From contig BTQP01000003.1 of assembly GCA_036985935.1 (NCBI GenBank), forward strand, positions 1-33,727: DNA of 33,727 nt, given 5' to 3'. The translations under genes and the position numbers were made by a program. Below the pieces are notes generated by a model. The model was not told the DNA's origin. It saw nothing but the letters and a program-made list of their open reading frames with translations, and did no database searches. Source of the DNA: Acidimicrobiia bacterium. Its GTDB lineage: Bacteria; Actinomycetota; Acidimicrobiia; Spongiisociales; UBA5794. This document shows positions 1-9,794 of the stretch, in pieces (the stretch's first letter is position 1; each line of letters begins with the position of its first letter).

Positions 1-1
1 T

Positions 2-121
2 CTCGATCTCTTCGGCCTGCGTGTAGAGACCCCGGACGAACTCACCGCAGGAATGAAGGCGCTGTTCGCCCACGAGGGCCCGGGTCTCCTGGAGATCCAC
101 AGCTCACGGCTGCAGTATTGA
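2..121 (+). CDS. 3' end of a probable thiamine-pyrophosphate-binding enzyme (pyruvate oxidase/acetolactate synthase-like C-terminus), truncated by the window start
   Basis: Manual translation from position 2 gives LDLFGLRVETPDELTAGMKALFAHEGPGLLEIHSSRLQY*. This resembles the G-x-R-V...EL..A+...+GP.L+E+ C-terminal pattern of TPP enzymes. Only 39 aa are visible. Confidence 0.6.
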   Translation, partial: LDLFGLRVETPDELTAGMKALFAHEGPGLLEIHSSRLQY

Positions 122-124
122 CGC

Positions 125-162
125 CTTGGCGGTACCAAGTACCGGCGGGGCTTCGCTCCGCC
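125..162. terminator. Two small hairpins between convergent genes (putative terminator)
   Basis: cttgg-cggta-ccaag (125-139) and ggcggggc-ttc-gctccgcc (144-162) fill the 41-nt gap between two converging stop codons. There is no U-tract. Confidence 0.45.
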
Positions 163-3100
163 TCACATATTCCTTCGGTAGCGGCCGCCTACCTGGAATA
201 ATGCGTCCGAGAGCTGGCCGAGGGAGCACTCGCGTGTGGCTTCGAGCAGCTCCGCGAACACGTTGCCACCGCTGAGGGCAACCGCCTGGAGATCTGCAAG
301 GGAGGCGTCGGTGCGTGCGGGGTCCCGTTCATGCAACGCCCTGAGGTCATTGATGATCTGATTCTTGTCCCCGTCGGTGGATCGGATGACCTCGTCCGGA
401 CGAACGAACGGGGAGCCCTCCGGCGAGAGAAAAGTGTTCACGCCGATAATCTCGAGCTCGCCCGAGTCCTTGCGACGCTCGTACTTCAGGCTCTCCTCCT
501 GGATCTTGGAACGCTGGTACATCGTCTCCATCGCTCCGAGAACACCACCACGGTCTGTGAGACGATCGAACTCCACAAGGACGGCCTCCTCGACGCGGTC
601 TGTGAGTTCCTCGATGATGCTTGACCCTTGCAGCGGGTTCTCGTTCCTCGTCAGGCCCAGTTCCTTGTTGATGATGAGCTGGATAGCAAGGGCTCTTCGC
701 ACCGAGGCTTCCGTCGGTGTTGTGATCGCCTCATCGAACGCGTTCGTGTGAAGGGAATTGGTGTTGTCGTTTATGCCGTAGAGCGCCTGGAGCGTCGTAC
801 GTATGTCGTTGAACTCGATCTCCTGGGCATGCAAGGAGCGGCCCGACGTCTGGATGTGATACTTCAGCTTCTGCGACCGCTCAGATGCCCCGTAGCGCTC
901 ACGCATGGCCTTGGCCCAGATGCGGCGTGCAACCCTTCCGATCACCGCGTACTCGGGGTCCAGGCCGTTCGAGAAGAAGAAGCTGAGGTTCGGTGCAAAT
1001 TCGTCGATGTCCATGCCTCTCGAAAGGAAGTACTCGACGAAGGTGAACCCGTTGGCGAGCGTGAACGCGAGTTGTGTGATCGGGTTCGCGCCGGCCTCTG
1101 CCATGTGGTACCCAGAGATGGATACCGAGTAGAAGTTCCGAACATCGTTGTCGACGAAATACTGCTGGATGTCGCCCTGCATCGACAGTGCGAATTCTGT
1201 CGAGAAGATGCACGTGTTCTGGGCCTGGTCCTCTTTGAGGATGTCTGCCTGGATGGTGCCACGAACCGTCGAAAGCGTTTCTGCCTTGATCCTGTCGTAC
1301 ACCTCACGCGGAAGGACGTCGAACCCCGTAACACCGAGAAGGAGAAGGCCCGAACCATCATGACCCGGTGGGAGTTCACCGTGGTAACGAGGACGATCTG
1401 CTCCCGAGGCGTCGTACCGCCCGGCGAGAGCCGACTCAACAGTTGCAACGAGGTCGTTGTCGCGGATGTATCTCTCGCAGGCCTGGTCGATCGCGGCGTT
1501 GAAGAAAAAGGCCAGCATCATCGGGGCAGGCCCATTGATCGTCATCGACACCGATGTGGTTGGGTCGAGCAGATCGAAGCCTGAGTACAGCTTCTTTGCA
1601 TCGTCCAGTGTCGGCACCGATACACCCGAGTTACCCACTTTGCCATAGATGTCGGGACGCGGGTCGGGATCGTGGCCGTACAGCGTGACCGAGTCAAACG
1701 CTGTGGAGAGCCTCGTTGAGGGTGGCCCGGCCGCGAGGTAGTGGAACCGGCGGTTCGTCTGTTCTGGTCCGCCTTCGCCTGCGAACATCCGTGTGGGGTC
1801 TTCGCCATGCCGCCTGAACGGAAACACTCCACCGGTGTACGGGAAACGGCCAGGGAGGTTCTCCTGCCGGAGCCACCGAACTCTGTCACCCCATCCAGAG
1901 ATTGTCGGGTGGATCACTCGGGGAAACACCGTTCCCGCAAGACTCTCGACGCTGTTGTCGACCTCGATCGTCCTGCCGCGAACCTCGTAGTCGACGACGC
2001 CTCCTGCGTACCGTGCAGCCTCCGATTCCCAGCTGTCGAGTGCCCTACCGACTTCGTCGCCGATGGCGGTTCGCGCTGCATTCGCTGCTTGTGTCAGATC
2101 GGCATCCGAACCCAACGTCGCGATACGCTCGATGGCCTCGAGGTCGGACGCGGCACTGGCCATGAGCGCAGTGTCCGTGTCGTACGACCGGATCGACTCC
2201 GAGATCTCACTCAAGTAGCGAACGCGACTTCGCGGAATCACCGGCTCGACCTGGTCACGACCATCTCTGTGATCAACGGGCTCGAAGAGGTCTGGTGCCT
2301 TGGCGGCCACTGCATGCATGATCAGTTCGTACAGACGTTGTGTGCCATCGTCGTTGAAGTTCGAAGCGATCGTCGCAACAACGGGGAGGTCTGCGTCTGC
2401 AATGTCGAAGTCTGTCCGGTTGCGTCGTACCTGCTTACGCACATCTCGCAGCGCATCTTCGGCTCCGCGGCGATCCGATTTGTTGATCGCGATAACGTCG
2501 GCGAAGTCCAGCATGTCGATCTTCTCGAGTTGCGTTGCGGCTCCGAACTCCGGGGTCATGACATAGACAGACACATCGGAGGAGTCGACGATTTGCGTGT
2601 CAGATTGCCCGATGCCTGACGTTTCGAGCAAGATCAGGTCGAATCCTGCGGCTTTCGCCACCGCCACAGCATCGCCAACGTATGGCGACATCGAGAGGTT
2701 CGCCTGGCGCGTTGCAAGCGACCGCATGAACACACGATCTCCCCCTACAGAGTTCATGCGGATTCGGTCCCCGAGCAACGCTCCCCCGCTCTTGCGGCGC
2801 GAGGGGTCGACCGAGATGACGGCGATCGACTGGTCAGGGCTGTCTCTGCGAAATCGCAATACGAGTTCGTCAAGAATCGTCGACTTGCCTGATCCACCTG
2901 TGCCGGTAAAGCCGACGACAGGAGTCGCAGAATGGCTGGCGTGATCACGAATGGCCTCGAGAAGGTCTCGTGCTGCGTCGGGATCGTTCTCGGCAAGAGT
3001 GATCGCACGCGACATCGCCGCGTGGTCCGCTTTGAGGACACGGTCGAGCAGGTCGCTACCCGGAGACGGCTGCTGGTGACTTGCATGTGCGAGAAGATCA

Positions 3101-3492
3101 TCGATCATTCCCTGAAGACCCAGTTCCCTGCCGTCGTCCGGCGAGTAGATGCGTGCGACACCCTCTTGTGCGAGTATCTCGCCTTCTTCGGGAAGGATCG
3201 TGCCGCCTCCGCCGCCGAACACGACGATGTCCTCGCCTCCCCCTTCGTTGAGCAACTGCCGCAAGTATCGGAAGAACTCCATATGGCCACCCTGATATGA
3301 AGTGACCGCGACGGCGTGTGCATCCTCCTCGATCGCGGCCTCGGCAATGTCCGCAGCAGAGCGATCGTGACCGAGATGGATCACCTCTGCACCCGACGCC
3401 TGGAGGATCCTGCGCATGATGTTGATAGCTGCATCGTGGCCGTCAAAGAGCGAAGTCGCCGTGACGATGCGAACACGCGGGGCTGAGGTCAT
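163..3492 (-). CDS. icmF: Fused isobutyryl-CoA mutase / MeaB-type GTPase metallochaperone (AdoCbl-dependent)
   Basis: 1109 aa. N-terminal B12-binding domain ([13 protein letters not shown]), central GTPase ([20 protein letters not shown]) and C-terminal acyl-CoA mutase barrel ([34 protein letters not shown]). Confidence 0.95.
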   Translation of the reverse strand: MTSAPRVRIVTATSLFDGHDAAINIMRRILQASGAEVIHLGHDRSAADIAEAAIEEDAHAVAVTSYQGGHMEFFRYLRQLLNEGGGEDIVVFGGGGGTILPEEGEILAQEGVARIYSPDDGRELGLQGMIDDLLAHASHQQPSPGSDLLDRVLKADHAAMSRAITLAENDPDAARDLLEAIRDHASHSATPVVGFTGTGGSGKSTILDELVLRFRRDSPDQSIAVISVDPSRRKSGGALLGDRIRMNSVGGDRVFMRSLATRQANLSMSPYVGDAVAVAKAAGFDLILLETSGIGQSDTQIVDSSDVSVYVMTPEFGAATQLEKIDMLDFADVIAINKSDRRGAEDALRDVRKQVRRNRTDFDIADADLPVVATIASNFNDDGTQRLYELIMHAVAAKAPDLFEPVDHRDGRDQVEPVIPRSRVRYLSEISESIRSYDTDTALMASAASDLEAIERIATLGSDADLTQAANAARTAIGDEVGRALDSWESEAARYAGGVVDYEVRGRTIEVDNSVESLAGTVFPRVIHPTISGWGDRVRWLRQENLPGRFPYTGGVFPFRRHGEDPTRMFAGEGGPEQTNRRFHYLAAGPPSTRLSTAFDSVTLYGHDPDPRPDIYGKVGNSGVSVPTLDDAKKLYSGFDLLDPTTSVSMTINGPAPMMLAFFFNAAIDQACERYIRDNDLVATVESALAGRYDASGADRPRYHGELPPGHDGSGLLLLGVTGFDVLPREVYDRIKAETLSTVRGTIQADILKEDQAQNTCIFSTEFALSMQGDIQQYFVDNDVRNFYSVSISGYHMAEAGANPITQLAFTLANGFTFVEYFLSRGMDIDEFAPNLSFFFSNGLDPEYAVIGRVARRIWAKAMRERYGASERSQKLKYHIQTSGRSLHAQEIEFNDIRTTLQALYGINDNTNSLHTNAFDEAITTPTEASVRRALAIQLIINKELGLTRNENPLQGSSIIEELTDRVEEAVLVEFDRLTDRGGVLGAMETMYQRSKIQEESLKYERRKDSGELEIIGVNTFLSPEGSPFVRPDEVIRSTDGDKNQIINDLRALHERDPARTDASLADLQAVALSGGNVFAELLEATRECSLGQLSDALFQVGGRYRRNM

Positions 3493-3582
3493 GTGGAGAG
3501 GATAGAGCCTCAGCTGTCAGCCACGTCTGTGCTCGATCAGAACCGACAGCAGCGGTAGTGAATGCGGCATCTCGGACAACTG

Positions 3583-3705
3583 CTACATAGGTGTCGGCTT
3601 GTTGGAGTTGCCCGCTCTCTTGTCCTTTTTGGCCTGACGTTTCTCCTTCAGGCTCTTAGAGGCGGCCTTCTTGCTGCTCTTTCCGCCCTTGTCCTTATTC
3701 GCCAC
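3583..3705 (-). CDS. Small lysine-rich protein (40 aa), function unknown
   Basis: GTG at 3705 follows an SD-like AGGTAGGTGA. Product is MANKDKGGKSSKKAASKSLKEKRQAKKDKRAGNSNKPTPM, the C-terminal part of track ORF 3583..3921. Confidence 0.65.
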   Translation of the reverse strand: MANKDKGGKSSKKAASKSLKEKRQAKKDKRAGNSNKPTPM

Positions 3706-3886
3706 AGTTGCATCACCTACCTGATCGGCTGCGATTAGTTTCGACCCCATCATGTCATATTTCGGCATGGCGTGGCCCCAAGGATCGCCGGCATCAGCCC
3801 TCCACCTCATCGATGTTGGGGAGATCACGAGGGCCCCACTGGCAAGGTATGGGCATCCGAGCTGCGCGAGCGCACGTCCTCCTGAG

Positions 3887-4264
3887 TCAGATCCACTGAT
3901 CAGACGCTGCTGTGCGCTCATCGGCTGCTGCGTCTCCAGTGTTCACCAGGCCAGCCGGTTCGAGGAGTAGAACCTCACACTCTTCCTCCGCTTCTGGACG
4001 GTGCTCGACGCCCCGCGGGACTACGAAGAACTCGTCTGGACCGATGACAACGTCTTCCCTCCCCCGCATACGAATGGTCATGTGGCCGGATCGTACGAGA
4101 AAGAACTCATCCGTGTCGTGGTGTGTGTGCCAGACAAACTCTCCCTGGAGTTTGACCGCCTTGAGGTGCATGTCGTTGATCTCGCCAACGATCTTTGGCG
4201 TCCAGTGCTCGTCGAATGCGGCGAACTTCTCGTCGAGGTGAACAACGGTATCGGGTCCGGCCAT
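3887..4264 (-). CDS. Cupin-domain protein
   Basis: ATG at 4264 follows GGAGGAAG. Cupin motifs GEFVWHTHHDTDEFFLV and FFVVPRGVEHRP. Start trimmed from track ORF 3887..4510, which overlaps rimM. Confidence 0.9.
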   Translation of the reverse strand: MAGPDTVVHLDEKFAAFDEHWTPKIVGEINDMHLKAVKLQGEFVWHTHHDTDEFFLVRSGHMTIRMRGREDVVIGPDEFFVVPRGVEHRPEAEEECEVLLLEPAGLVNTGDAAADERTAASDQWI

Positions 4265-4370
4265 ATTTCTTCCTCCAGATGCTGCTTCTCTCCATGATTC
4301 TGTCATAGCTGGTTGATGTCGCCAGACCGCCGCTCTGAGATTCGGTGCCTGGAGATCCGCCGGACCTGAA

Positions 4371-4910
4371 CTACTCGATGAGCCCTTCGGGAAGATCAAC
4401 CGTGATTCGCCGTGCGGCGATATCGATGTCGGGAACGAGCTGGGCGACAAGCGGGATTTCTCCGTGCGTCCCGTCAGATGTTTCCACAACGAGTCGATCC
4501 TGTGCGGCACCCGATACGACCTCGGTCACAGCGCCAAGGCGCTTTCCATCTGCATCGAAGACGATGCAGCCGACAAGGTCTTCCACCCACCACTCGTCAC
4601 CGTCGAGCTCACGACGTTCCGATTTGTCCACGACGAACTGGATGCCGACGAGTGCCTCGGCGTCGTTTCGGGTATCGATGCCCGAGAGATGCAGCAAATA
4701 GTCATCACCGGTCATCCGGCGAGAGGCAATCCGCAGGATCCGCCCTGGCTGCTCTCCCGTGGTCAGAGCCACACCTTCTGCAAATCGGCCGGATGCGTCG
4801 TCTACGAGGCCGCGAACGACGACATCCCCACGGATGCCGTGCGCCTTGCGCACGTACCCGATGGGGATGCGATCAGTGTGAGCGTGATCGGATGTCGCTG
4901 ATGAACCCAC
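4371..4910 (-). CDS. rimM: Ribosome maturation factor RimM
   Basis: IGYVRKAHGIRG N-terminal motif, DLVGCIVFD and C-terminal PRC barrel ending VDLPEGLIE. Lies downstream of rpsP-khpA. Confidence 0.93.
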   Translation of the reverse strand: MGSSATSDHAHTDRIPIGYVRKAHGIRGDVVVRGLVDDASGRFAEGVALTTGEQPGRILRIASRRMTGDDYLLHLSGIDTRNDAEALVGIQFVVDKSERRELDGDEWWVEDLVGCIVFDADGKRLGAVTEVVSGAAQDRLVVETSDGTHGEIPLVAQLVPDIDIAARRITVDLPEGLIE

Positions 4911-4920
4911 GTTGTCAGCG

Positions 4921-5169
4921 TCAGTCGAGGAAGTCGACCTCTACGGAGAGACCCTCTTCGTCGCCCGCTGCGCCCGCAACATTGCGGATCGCCCGTGCGA
5001 CCCTGCCCCGTTTGCCGATAACACGACCCATATCGCTCTTTGCGGTCCGAACCTCTGCAACGACGGCGTCATCACCATCGGCAACGACGTTCACTTCGAT
5101 GGAATCCTGGTCGTCCACGATCTCAGAAACAACGTAGTTGACGACCTTGTCGACGATCTCACCGCTCAT
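4921..5169 (-). CDS. khpA: KH-domain RNA-binding protein KhpA
   Basis: 82 aa with [17 protein letters not shown] (GxxG loop), in the usual position between rpsP and rimM. Its ATG overlaps the rpsP stop. Confidence 0.9.
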   Translation of the reverse strand: MSGEIVDKVVNYVVSEIVDDQDSIEVNVVADGDDAVVAEVRTAKSDMGRVIGKRGRVARAIRNVAGAAGDEEGLSVEVDFLD

Positions 5170-5618
5170 GATTCATCCGAACTGTCTGCGACCTCATCGG
5201 CCGGTGCGGGTACTTCTTCTTCGGGAGCCTCTTCGACGACGTCTTCAACGACGTCTTCGGCAACCTCTTCAACAGCCTCTGCGACGACGTCAGCGACCGC
5301 CTCGACCTTGTCTTCTGCGACAGGCTCGGGGGTGTCCCCAACGGTGTGAATGTCTCCCTTGGCGATTCTGAACTGGGTCCAGGCACCGGAGATCTCAAGC
5401 AGCTTCTGCGCACGCTCGGTTGGCTGAGCACCTGTGTTGAGCCAGTAGAGCGCTCTCTCGTTGTCGATCTTGACGAGCGACGGCTCTTGTTTCGGATCGT
5501 AGATCCCGAGCTGCTCGATGTACTTTCCATCGCGCTGTTTGCGTGAGTCGATCACAACAACGCGGTACGTCGGCTGCTTCTTCTTGCCAAGCCGCGTCAG
5601 GCGGATCTTGACTGCCAT
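5166..5618 (-). CDS. rpsP: 30S ribosomal protein S16 with long acidic C-terminal extension
   Basis: [42 protein letters not shown]...[20 protein letters not shown] upstream. Confidence 0.97.
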   Translation of the reverse strand: MAVKIRLTRLGKKKQPTYRVVVIDSRKQRDGKYIEQLGIYDPKQEPSLVKIDNERALYWLNTGAQPTERAQKLLEISGAWTQFRIAKGDIHTVGDTPEPVAEDKVEAVADVVAEAVEEVAEDVVEDVVEEAPEEEVPAPADEVADSSDES

Positions 5619-5622
5619 CCGG

Positions 5623-6966
5623 TCACCTCTTCTTGTATTGGCGTGGCATGCCCGGCATCTCGAGTCCCGGTATTGGACTCTTTCCCCCGGCCATTGCCTT
5701 CATCATCTTCTGCGCTTGTGCGAACTGTTTGAGAACGCCGTTGACGTCCTGCGGCCGGGTACCTGACCCGGCGGCGATGCGGCGCTTGCGACTGCCGTTG
5801 ATCATCTTCGGGTTGTGGCGTTCCCCCGGGGTCATAGACCTGATAATCGCTTCCACGCGGTCGAGTTGTTTCTCGTCCACCTGGACATCGCGCAGCGCTG
5901 AACCTGCGCCTGGGAGCATACCAACCAGCTGTTGCAATGGTCCCATCTTCTTGAGCTGTTGGAACTGCGCAAGGAAGTCCTCGAGGTCGAACGTCGCGTC
6001 CAACATCTTCTTCGTCGCCCGTTCAGCCTCTTGCTCGTCGAACGTCTCCTCCGCCTTCTCGATCAAGGACATCACGTCGCCCATGCCAAGGATCCGGGAT
6101 GCCATGCGGTCGGGATGAAAGGCATCGAGGTCCCCGATCTTCTCACCGGTTCCTACGAACTTGATCGGCACGCCTGTGACTTCGCGAGCCGAGATCGCTG
6201 CGCCGCCACGGGCGTCGCCGTCGATTTTGGTCATGATCAGTCCAGTGATGTCGGTGTACTCCGAGAAGCCCTGAGCAACGTTGACAGCCTCCTGACCGGT
6301 CATTGCGTCAACAACGAGAAGGGTTTCGTCCGGCGAGGCCACCTTCTTGACCGCTGCGAGCTCCTTCATCAAGTCGGTGTCGACCTGAAGGCGACCCGCA
6401 GTATCGACGATCACCACGTTGGCACTTTCGTCGCGTGCGGCTTTCAGCGAGGACTTGACAACCTTTGCGGCGCTGCTCTTCCTATCGACAAATACCGGGA
6501 CATTGATCGACCTGCCGAGAGTTTCGAGTTGATCGATAGCTGCAGGGCGTTGGAGGTCGGCAGCCACAAGCATTGGGCGCTTGCCCTTGCCCTTGAGATG
6601 TTTTGCGAGTTTCGCTGCGGTTGTCGTTTTGCCCGATCCCTGGAGGCCGACCATCAGGATCACAAGCGGGGGGGCTGCCGGTCGCACAAGGGGAGCTTCC
6701 TTTTCGCCGAGTGTGACGATCAGCTCCTCATGCACAATCTTTACAACTTGCTGACCAGGAGTGAGGCTCTTCGTGACCTCGGCACCAAGTGCGCGCTCCT
6801 TCACCCTGGCAAGAAAAGTCTTGACCACCGCAAGGTTGACATCTGCCTCGAGCAGCGCGATTCGGACGTCGCGAAGCGCCGCATTGATGTCGTCCTCGCT
6901 CAGCCGCCCTTTGCTGCGGAGGCGATCGAACACACCTGCCAAACGATCAGATAGAGAGTCGAACAT
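5623..6966 (-). CDS. ffh: Signal recognition particle protein Ffh
   Basis: [39 protein letters not shown] and a Met-rich M domain with [11 protein letters not shown]. Confidence 0.98.
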   Translation of the reverse strand: MFDSLSDRLAGVFDRLRSKGRLSEDDINAALRDVRIALLEADVNLAVVKTFLARVKERALGAEVTKSLTPGQQVVKIVHEELIVTLGEKEAPLVRPAAPPLVILMVGLQGSGKTTTAAKLAKHLKGKGKRPMLVAADLQRPAAIDQLETLGRSINVPVFVDRKSSAAKVVKSSLKAARDESANVVIVDTAGRLQVDTDLMKELAAVKKVASPDETLLVVDAMTGQEAVNVAQGFSEYTDITGLIMTKIDGDARGGAAISAREVTGVPIKFVGTGEKIGDLDAFHPDRMASRILGMGDVMSLIEKAEETFDEQEAERATKKMLDATFDLEDFLAQFQQLKKMGPLQQLVGMLPGAGSALRDVQVDEKQLDRVEAIIRSMTPGERHNPKMINGSRKRRIAAGSGTRPQDVNGVLKQFAQAQKMMKAMAGGKSPIPGLEMPGMPRQYKKR

Positions 6967-7008
6967 GGCCAGGAGTGTATGGCCTGGTTGTCGCCACCGG
7001 ATCGCGTT

Positions 7009-8736
7009 CTAGCCGTCGATACGGCCGACGACGATGAAGGGCGCTGTCGCAGGATCGACCGCCGCGAATCCATGCGACTCGAACAGGGCGCGGCGATCAG
7101 GCGTCCAGGCACCGACCACGCCGAACCGACTCTCCCCGCTCTCAACGAGGCGATCGAGGTACACATCAAAGGCCTCTTCCGGGACAAGGAAATAGTCGAT
7201 GTCGTCTGTCGTCCTCCAGGCGTGTCGACCGATATGCGTTCGTGACGACAGGATGACGGGACTCTCTGAGCTCGAGCCTCCCACGCTGTCCGCGAGCTGC
7301 ACCAACCTGTGTGTGAGCTCAGCTGAATTCTCCCTACCGCTTCTCAGAACCACTGCCGCGTCGATCGTCAGGACCAGAACCGCAATAACAAGAGGGACAA
7401 CGACGAGCCGAGCGGCATGCGGAGCTGATTGGAGAAGCCGCCGAAGCAGGAGAATCGCCACCGGCACCAGGATTGCCACGATCGGCATCAGGTACCTACC
7501 ACCCCATTGCGCTCCTCCGCCTCCGCGCTCCTGGGTCAGGAACACGGCTGAAACGAACAGCACCGCTGTGGTCACGATGAGACGGATCGAGCGATCGGAA
7601 AGGTCCTCTCGCCGCAGGAGCAACATGCCCGCAACGAGGACAGGTGTGGCAGCAAGGAGTCCGCCAACAGGGATAGGGGCCAGGAAGAGGAGTGAAACCG
7701 AGCCAGCGATACTCAGTGAGGCAGCGACCAGGTGGAAACGACGGTTGTCTGGCTCTCGATGAACCGCGACCGCCACCAGGGCGGCGCCTCCCGTCATCAT
7801 CACGACAACACCGAGCAGAGCCACCGTGCCAAAATCAACAAGGATCAAGCTTGAGAATGCACCACTGACGAGCCGAAACCAGTCGAGGATTCGTTGACCT
7901 TCGGACACCGGATCGCCACCACCGACACTTGCGGCCCAGCGCTGATTCACGATCAAGCCCGCCAACGAGGCGGCCACGATGCTGACGGAAAGGGAACCAC
8001 GAACGCTCCAACGGACACCGCGCTGCGCGATGATCACCGCAACGCCGAGCGCGATTCCGAACGCGAAAGCTTCAGCGCGGAACAGGGGTGCGACAAACAT
8101 CGCTCCGATCGCGAAAAGCCACGTGGGCGAGAGACGCTCACCCCAACGAAGAACGACAAAGACGGCAAGTGCTCCGAGGGCAGCCGCCGCGGTGTGACCA
8201 AGGACGGTGTAACCATAGAAAAGCACCGGTGTGGCAAACGCAATGACCCAGAGGGTCAGATTCCGTATTCGAGAAGTGAACGATCCCGCGATCAGAGAAC
8301 CGATGACCGCCGCGAGCAGCGCCCCCAGAAGGGCAGGAAGCACCAACGCAGCCTCACCTGCCACCGATCGCACCGGCGCAAGGACGACCGGAAGCGCCGG
8401 TTGTTTGGTGTAAGGAGAATACCGTTCGCCCACGATCGTCGATGCGTGAATCGGAGATGTGATCTCTTCGGGGTCGAGATCCGAGAACGGTCTGACGGCG
8501 GACCACGATCCCTGCGTGGACAGGAGCTCTACTTGTGATCGTACGGCACCTTCGTCGGAGGTCCACGTACCGGTCGGATGAACAAGTGAAAGCCCGAGTA
8601 CGAGGAGGACAGCGACGACAACGACATGAGCCACAAGCGGAGTCGCTATGAACCACTCAACGAGCGCAAGGAATCGACTACGTCCAGGGTCACTTGAAGG
8701 GCGAACCGAGGTCGACGAGTCTGTCATGTTCGTCAT
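7009..8736 (-). CDS. Polytopic membrane protein, putative GT-C-fold glycosyltransferase
   Basis: 575 aa with many hydrophobic segments, an acidic WTSDEG motif after the first TM region and a late GGAQWGGRYLMP motif resembling the WGxRYL motif of GT-C enzymes. Start could be 8736 or 8727. Confidence 0.6.
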   Translation of the reverse strand: MTNMTDSSTSVRPSSDPGRSRFLALVEWFIATPLVAHVVVVAVLLVLGLSLVHPTGTWTSDEGAVRSQVELLSTQGSWSAVRPFSDLDPEEITSPIHASTIVGERYSPYTKQPALPVVLAPVRSVAGEAALVLPALLGALLAAVIGSLIAGSFTSRIRNLTLWVIAFATPVLFYGYTVLGHTAAAALGALAVFVVLRWGERLSPTWLFAIGAMFVAPLFRAEAFAFGIALGVAVIIAQRGVRWSVRGSLSVSIVAASLAGLIVNQRWAASVGGGDPVSEGQRILDWFRLVSGAFSSLILVDFGTVALLGVVVMMTGGAALVAVAVHREPDNRRFHLVAASLSIAGSVSLLFLAPIPVGGLLAATPVLVAGMLLLRREDLSDRSIRLIVTTAVLFVSAVFLTQERGGGGAQWGGRYLMPIVAILVPVAILLLRRLLQSAPHAARLVVVPLVIAVLVLTIDAAVVLRSGRENSAELTHRLVQLADSVGGSSSESPVILSSRTHIGRHAWRTTDDIDYFLVPEEAFDVYLDRLVESGESRFGVVGAWTPDRRALFESHGFAAVDPATAPFIVVGRIDG

Positions 8737-8889
8737 GCCCTACTCATCGGCCGACTCAGGCCTTTCTAGAGGACTTCGACGGGCTATCGGGCCACCATCA
8801 TTGCCTGTGAAGCGAAGCGAACTGTCCTGTACGATCAGGACTCACGATTGTGGTTCTTGGTACCGTATGGCAAGCGAACGAGGGAACCC

Positions 8890-9507
8890 ATGAATCTGAC
8901 CATTATCGATCATCCGCTCGCACGTCACTACCTGACCATTCTCCGTAACCGCGAGACCGATCCTCAGCAATTTCGAGCTGCCGCCAAGGGCCTCACCTAC
9001 ACCCTGGTCATGGAGGCGACCAAACGGTTGCCACTGCGCCAGTTCGAGATCGAAACACCAATGGAGACGACGACGGGATACGGCGTAGAACACGTAGTCG
9101 CCGTTCCCGTACTTCGGGCTGGTCTCGGCATGCTCGATGCTGTCCTCGAGACGATCCCGAACGTCAAAGTCGGGTTCGCAGGCGTCGCTCGCGACGAAAA
9201 GACCGCTATGCCACAGGAGTACTACGCGAAACTTCCTGACCTTTCAGATGCGTTCGTCCTCATCTGCGAACCGATGCTCGCGACGGGGGGCTCGCTGTCG
9301 TGGGCCGTTGACAAGGTCAAGGGCTCCGGTGCCAAATCGATCACGGCACTATGCGTCGTAACGGCTCCTGACGGTATCAAGAAGATGTACGAAGATCATC
9401 CAGACGTACACATCGTCGCGGCCGCATACGACAGAGAGCTCAACGAGGACTTCTACATCGTCCCCGGTCTCGGCGATATGGGAGACCGGCTCTTCGGTAC
9501 GTTGTGA
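8890..9507 (+). CDS. upp: Uracil phosphoribosyltransferase
   Basis: HPLARHYLTILR, VPVLRAGLGM, EPMLATGGS (PRPP loop) and YIVPGLGDMGDRLFGT. ATG at 8890 follows GAGGGA. Confidence 0.96.
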   Translation: MNLTIIDHPLARHYLTILRNRETDPQQFRAAAKGLTYTLVMEATKRLPLRQFEIETPMETTTGYGVEHVVAVPVLRAGLGMLDAVLETIPNVKVGFAGVARDEKTAMPQEYYAKLPDLSDAFVLICEPMLATGGSLSWAVDKVKGSGAKSITALCVVTAPDGIKKMYEDHPDVHIVAAAYDRELNEDFYIVPGLGDMGDRLFGTL

Positions 9508-9794
9508 CCGACAAAGTCTCTGACGATTTCACCGACGCAGTCACTGTGACCGTCCTCGCCATCCCACGCGGCGACATCTCGACATACGGCGAAGTTGCAC
9601 AAGAGGCAGGGTATCCAGGCGCGGCGAGAGCTGTGGGAACCTTGCTGTCAAGGACTTCTGGATTACCGTGGTGGCGCGTGATCGCTGCGAACGGTCGGCT
9701 CGTACCTGGAATGGAGGCCGAACACGCCGAGCGGTTGCGAGCCGAAGGCGTGGAAGTGATGAACGGAGCTGTGGTGATGCGGGGCAAGCTATGA
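9504..9794 (+). CDS. Alkyltransferase-like (ATL; MGMT family, YbaZ/Atl1-type) DNA-damage-binding protein
   Basis: IPRGDISTYGEVA...ARAVG...LPWWRVI. Trp replaces the catalytic Cys of the PCHRV motif. Confidence 0.88.
   Translation: MTDKVSDDFTDAVTVTVLAIPRGDISTYGEVAQEAGYPGAARAVGTLLSRTSGLPWWRVIAANGRLVPGMEAEHAERLRAEGVEVMNGAVVMRGKL

Noticed and set aside
3493-3582. Cobalamin riboswitch upstream of icmF
   Set aside because: Only 90 nt are available, there is no B12-box, and a -10 hexamer directly precedes the start codon.
9265-9300. Upp PRPP-binding loop reading EPMLATGGS instead of DPMLATGGS
   Set aside because: This is a conservative Asp-to-Glu change with all other motifs intact, which is not enough to suggest altered function.
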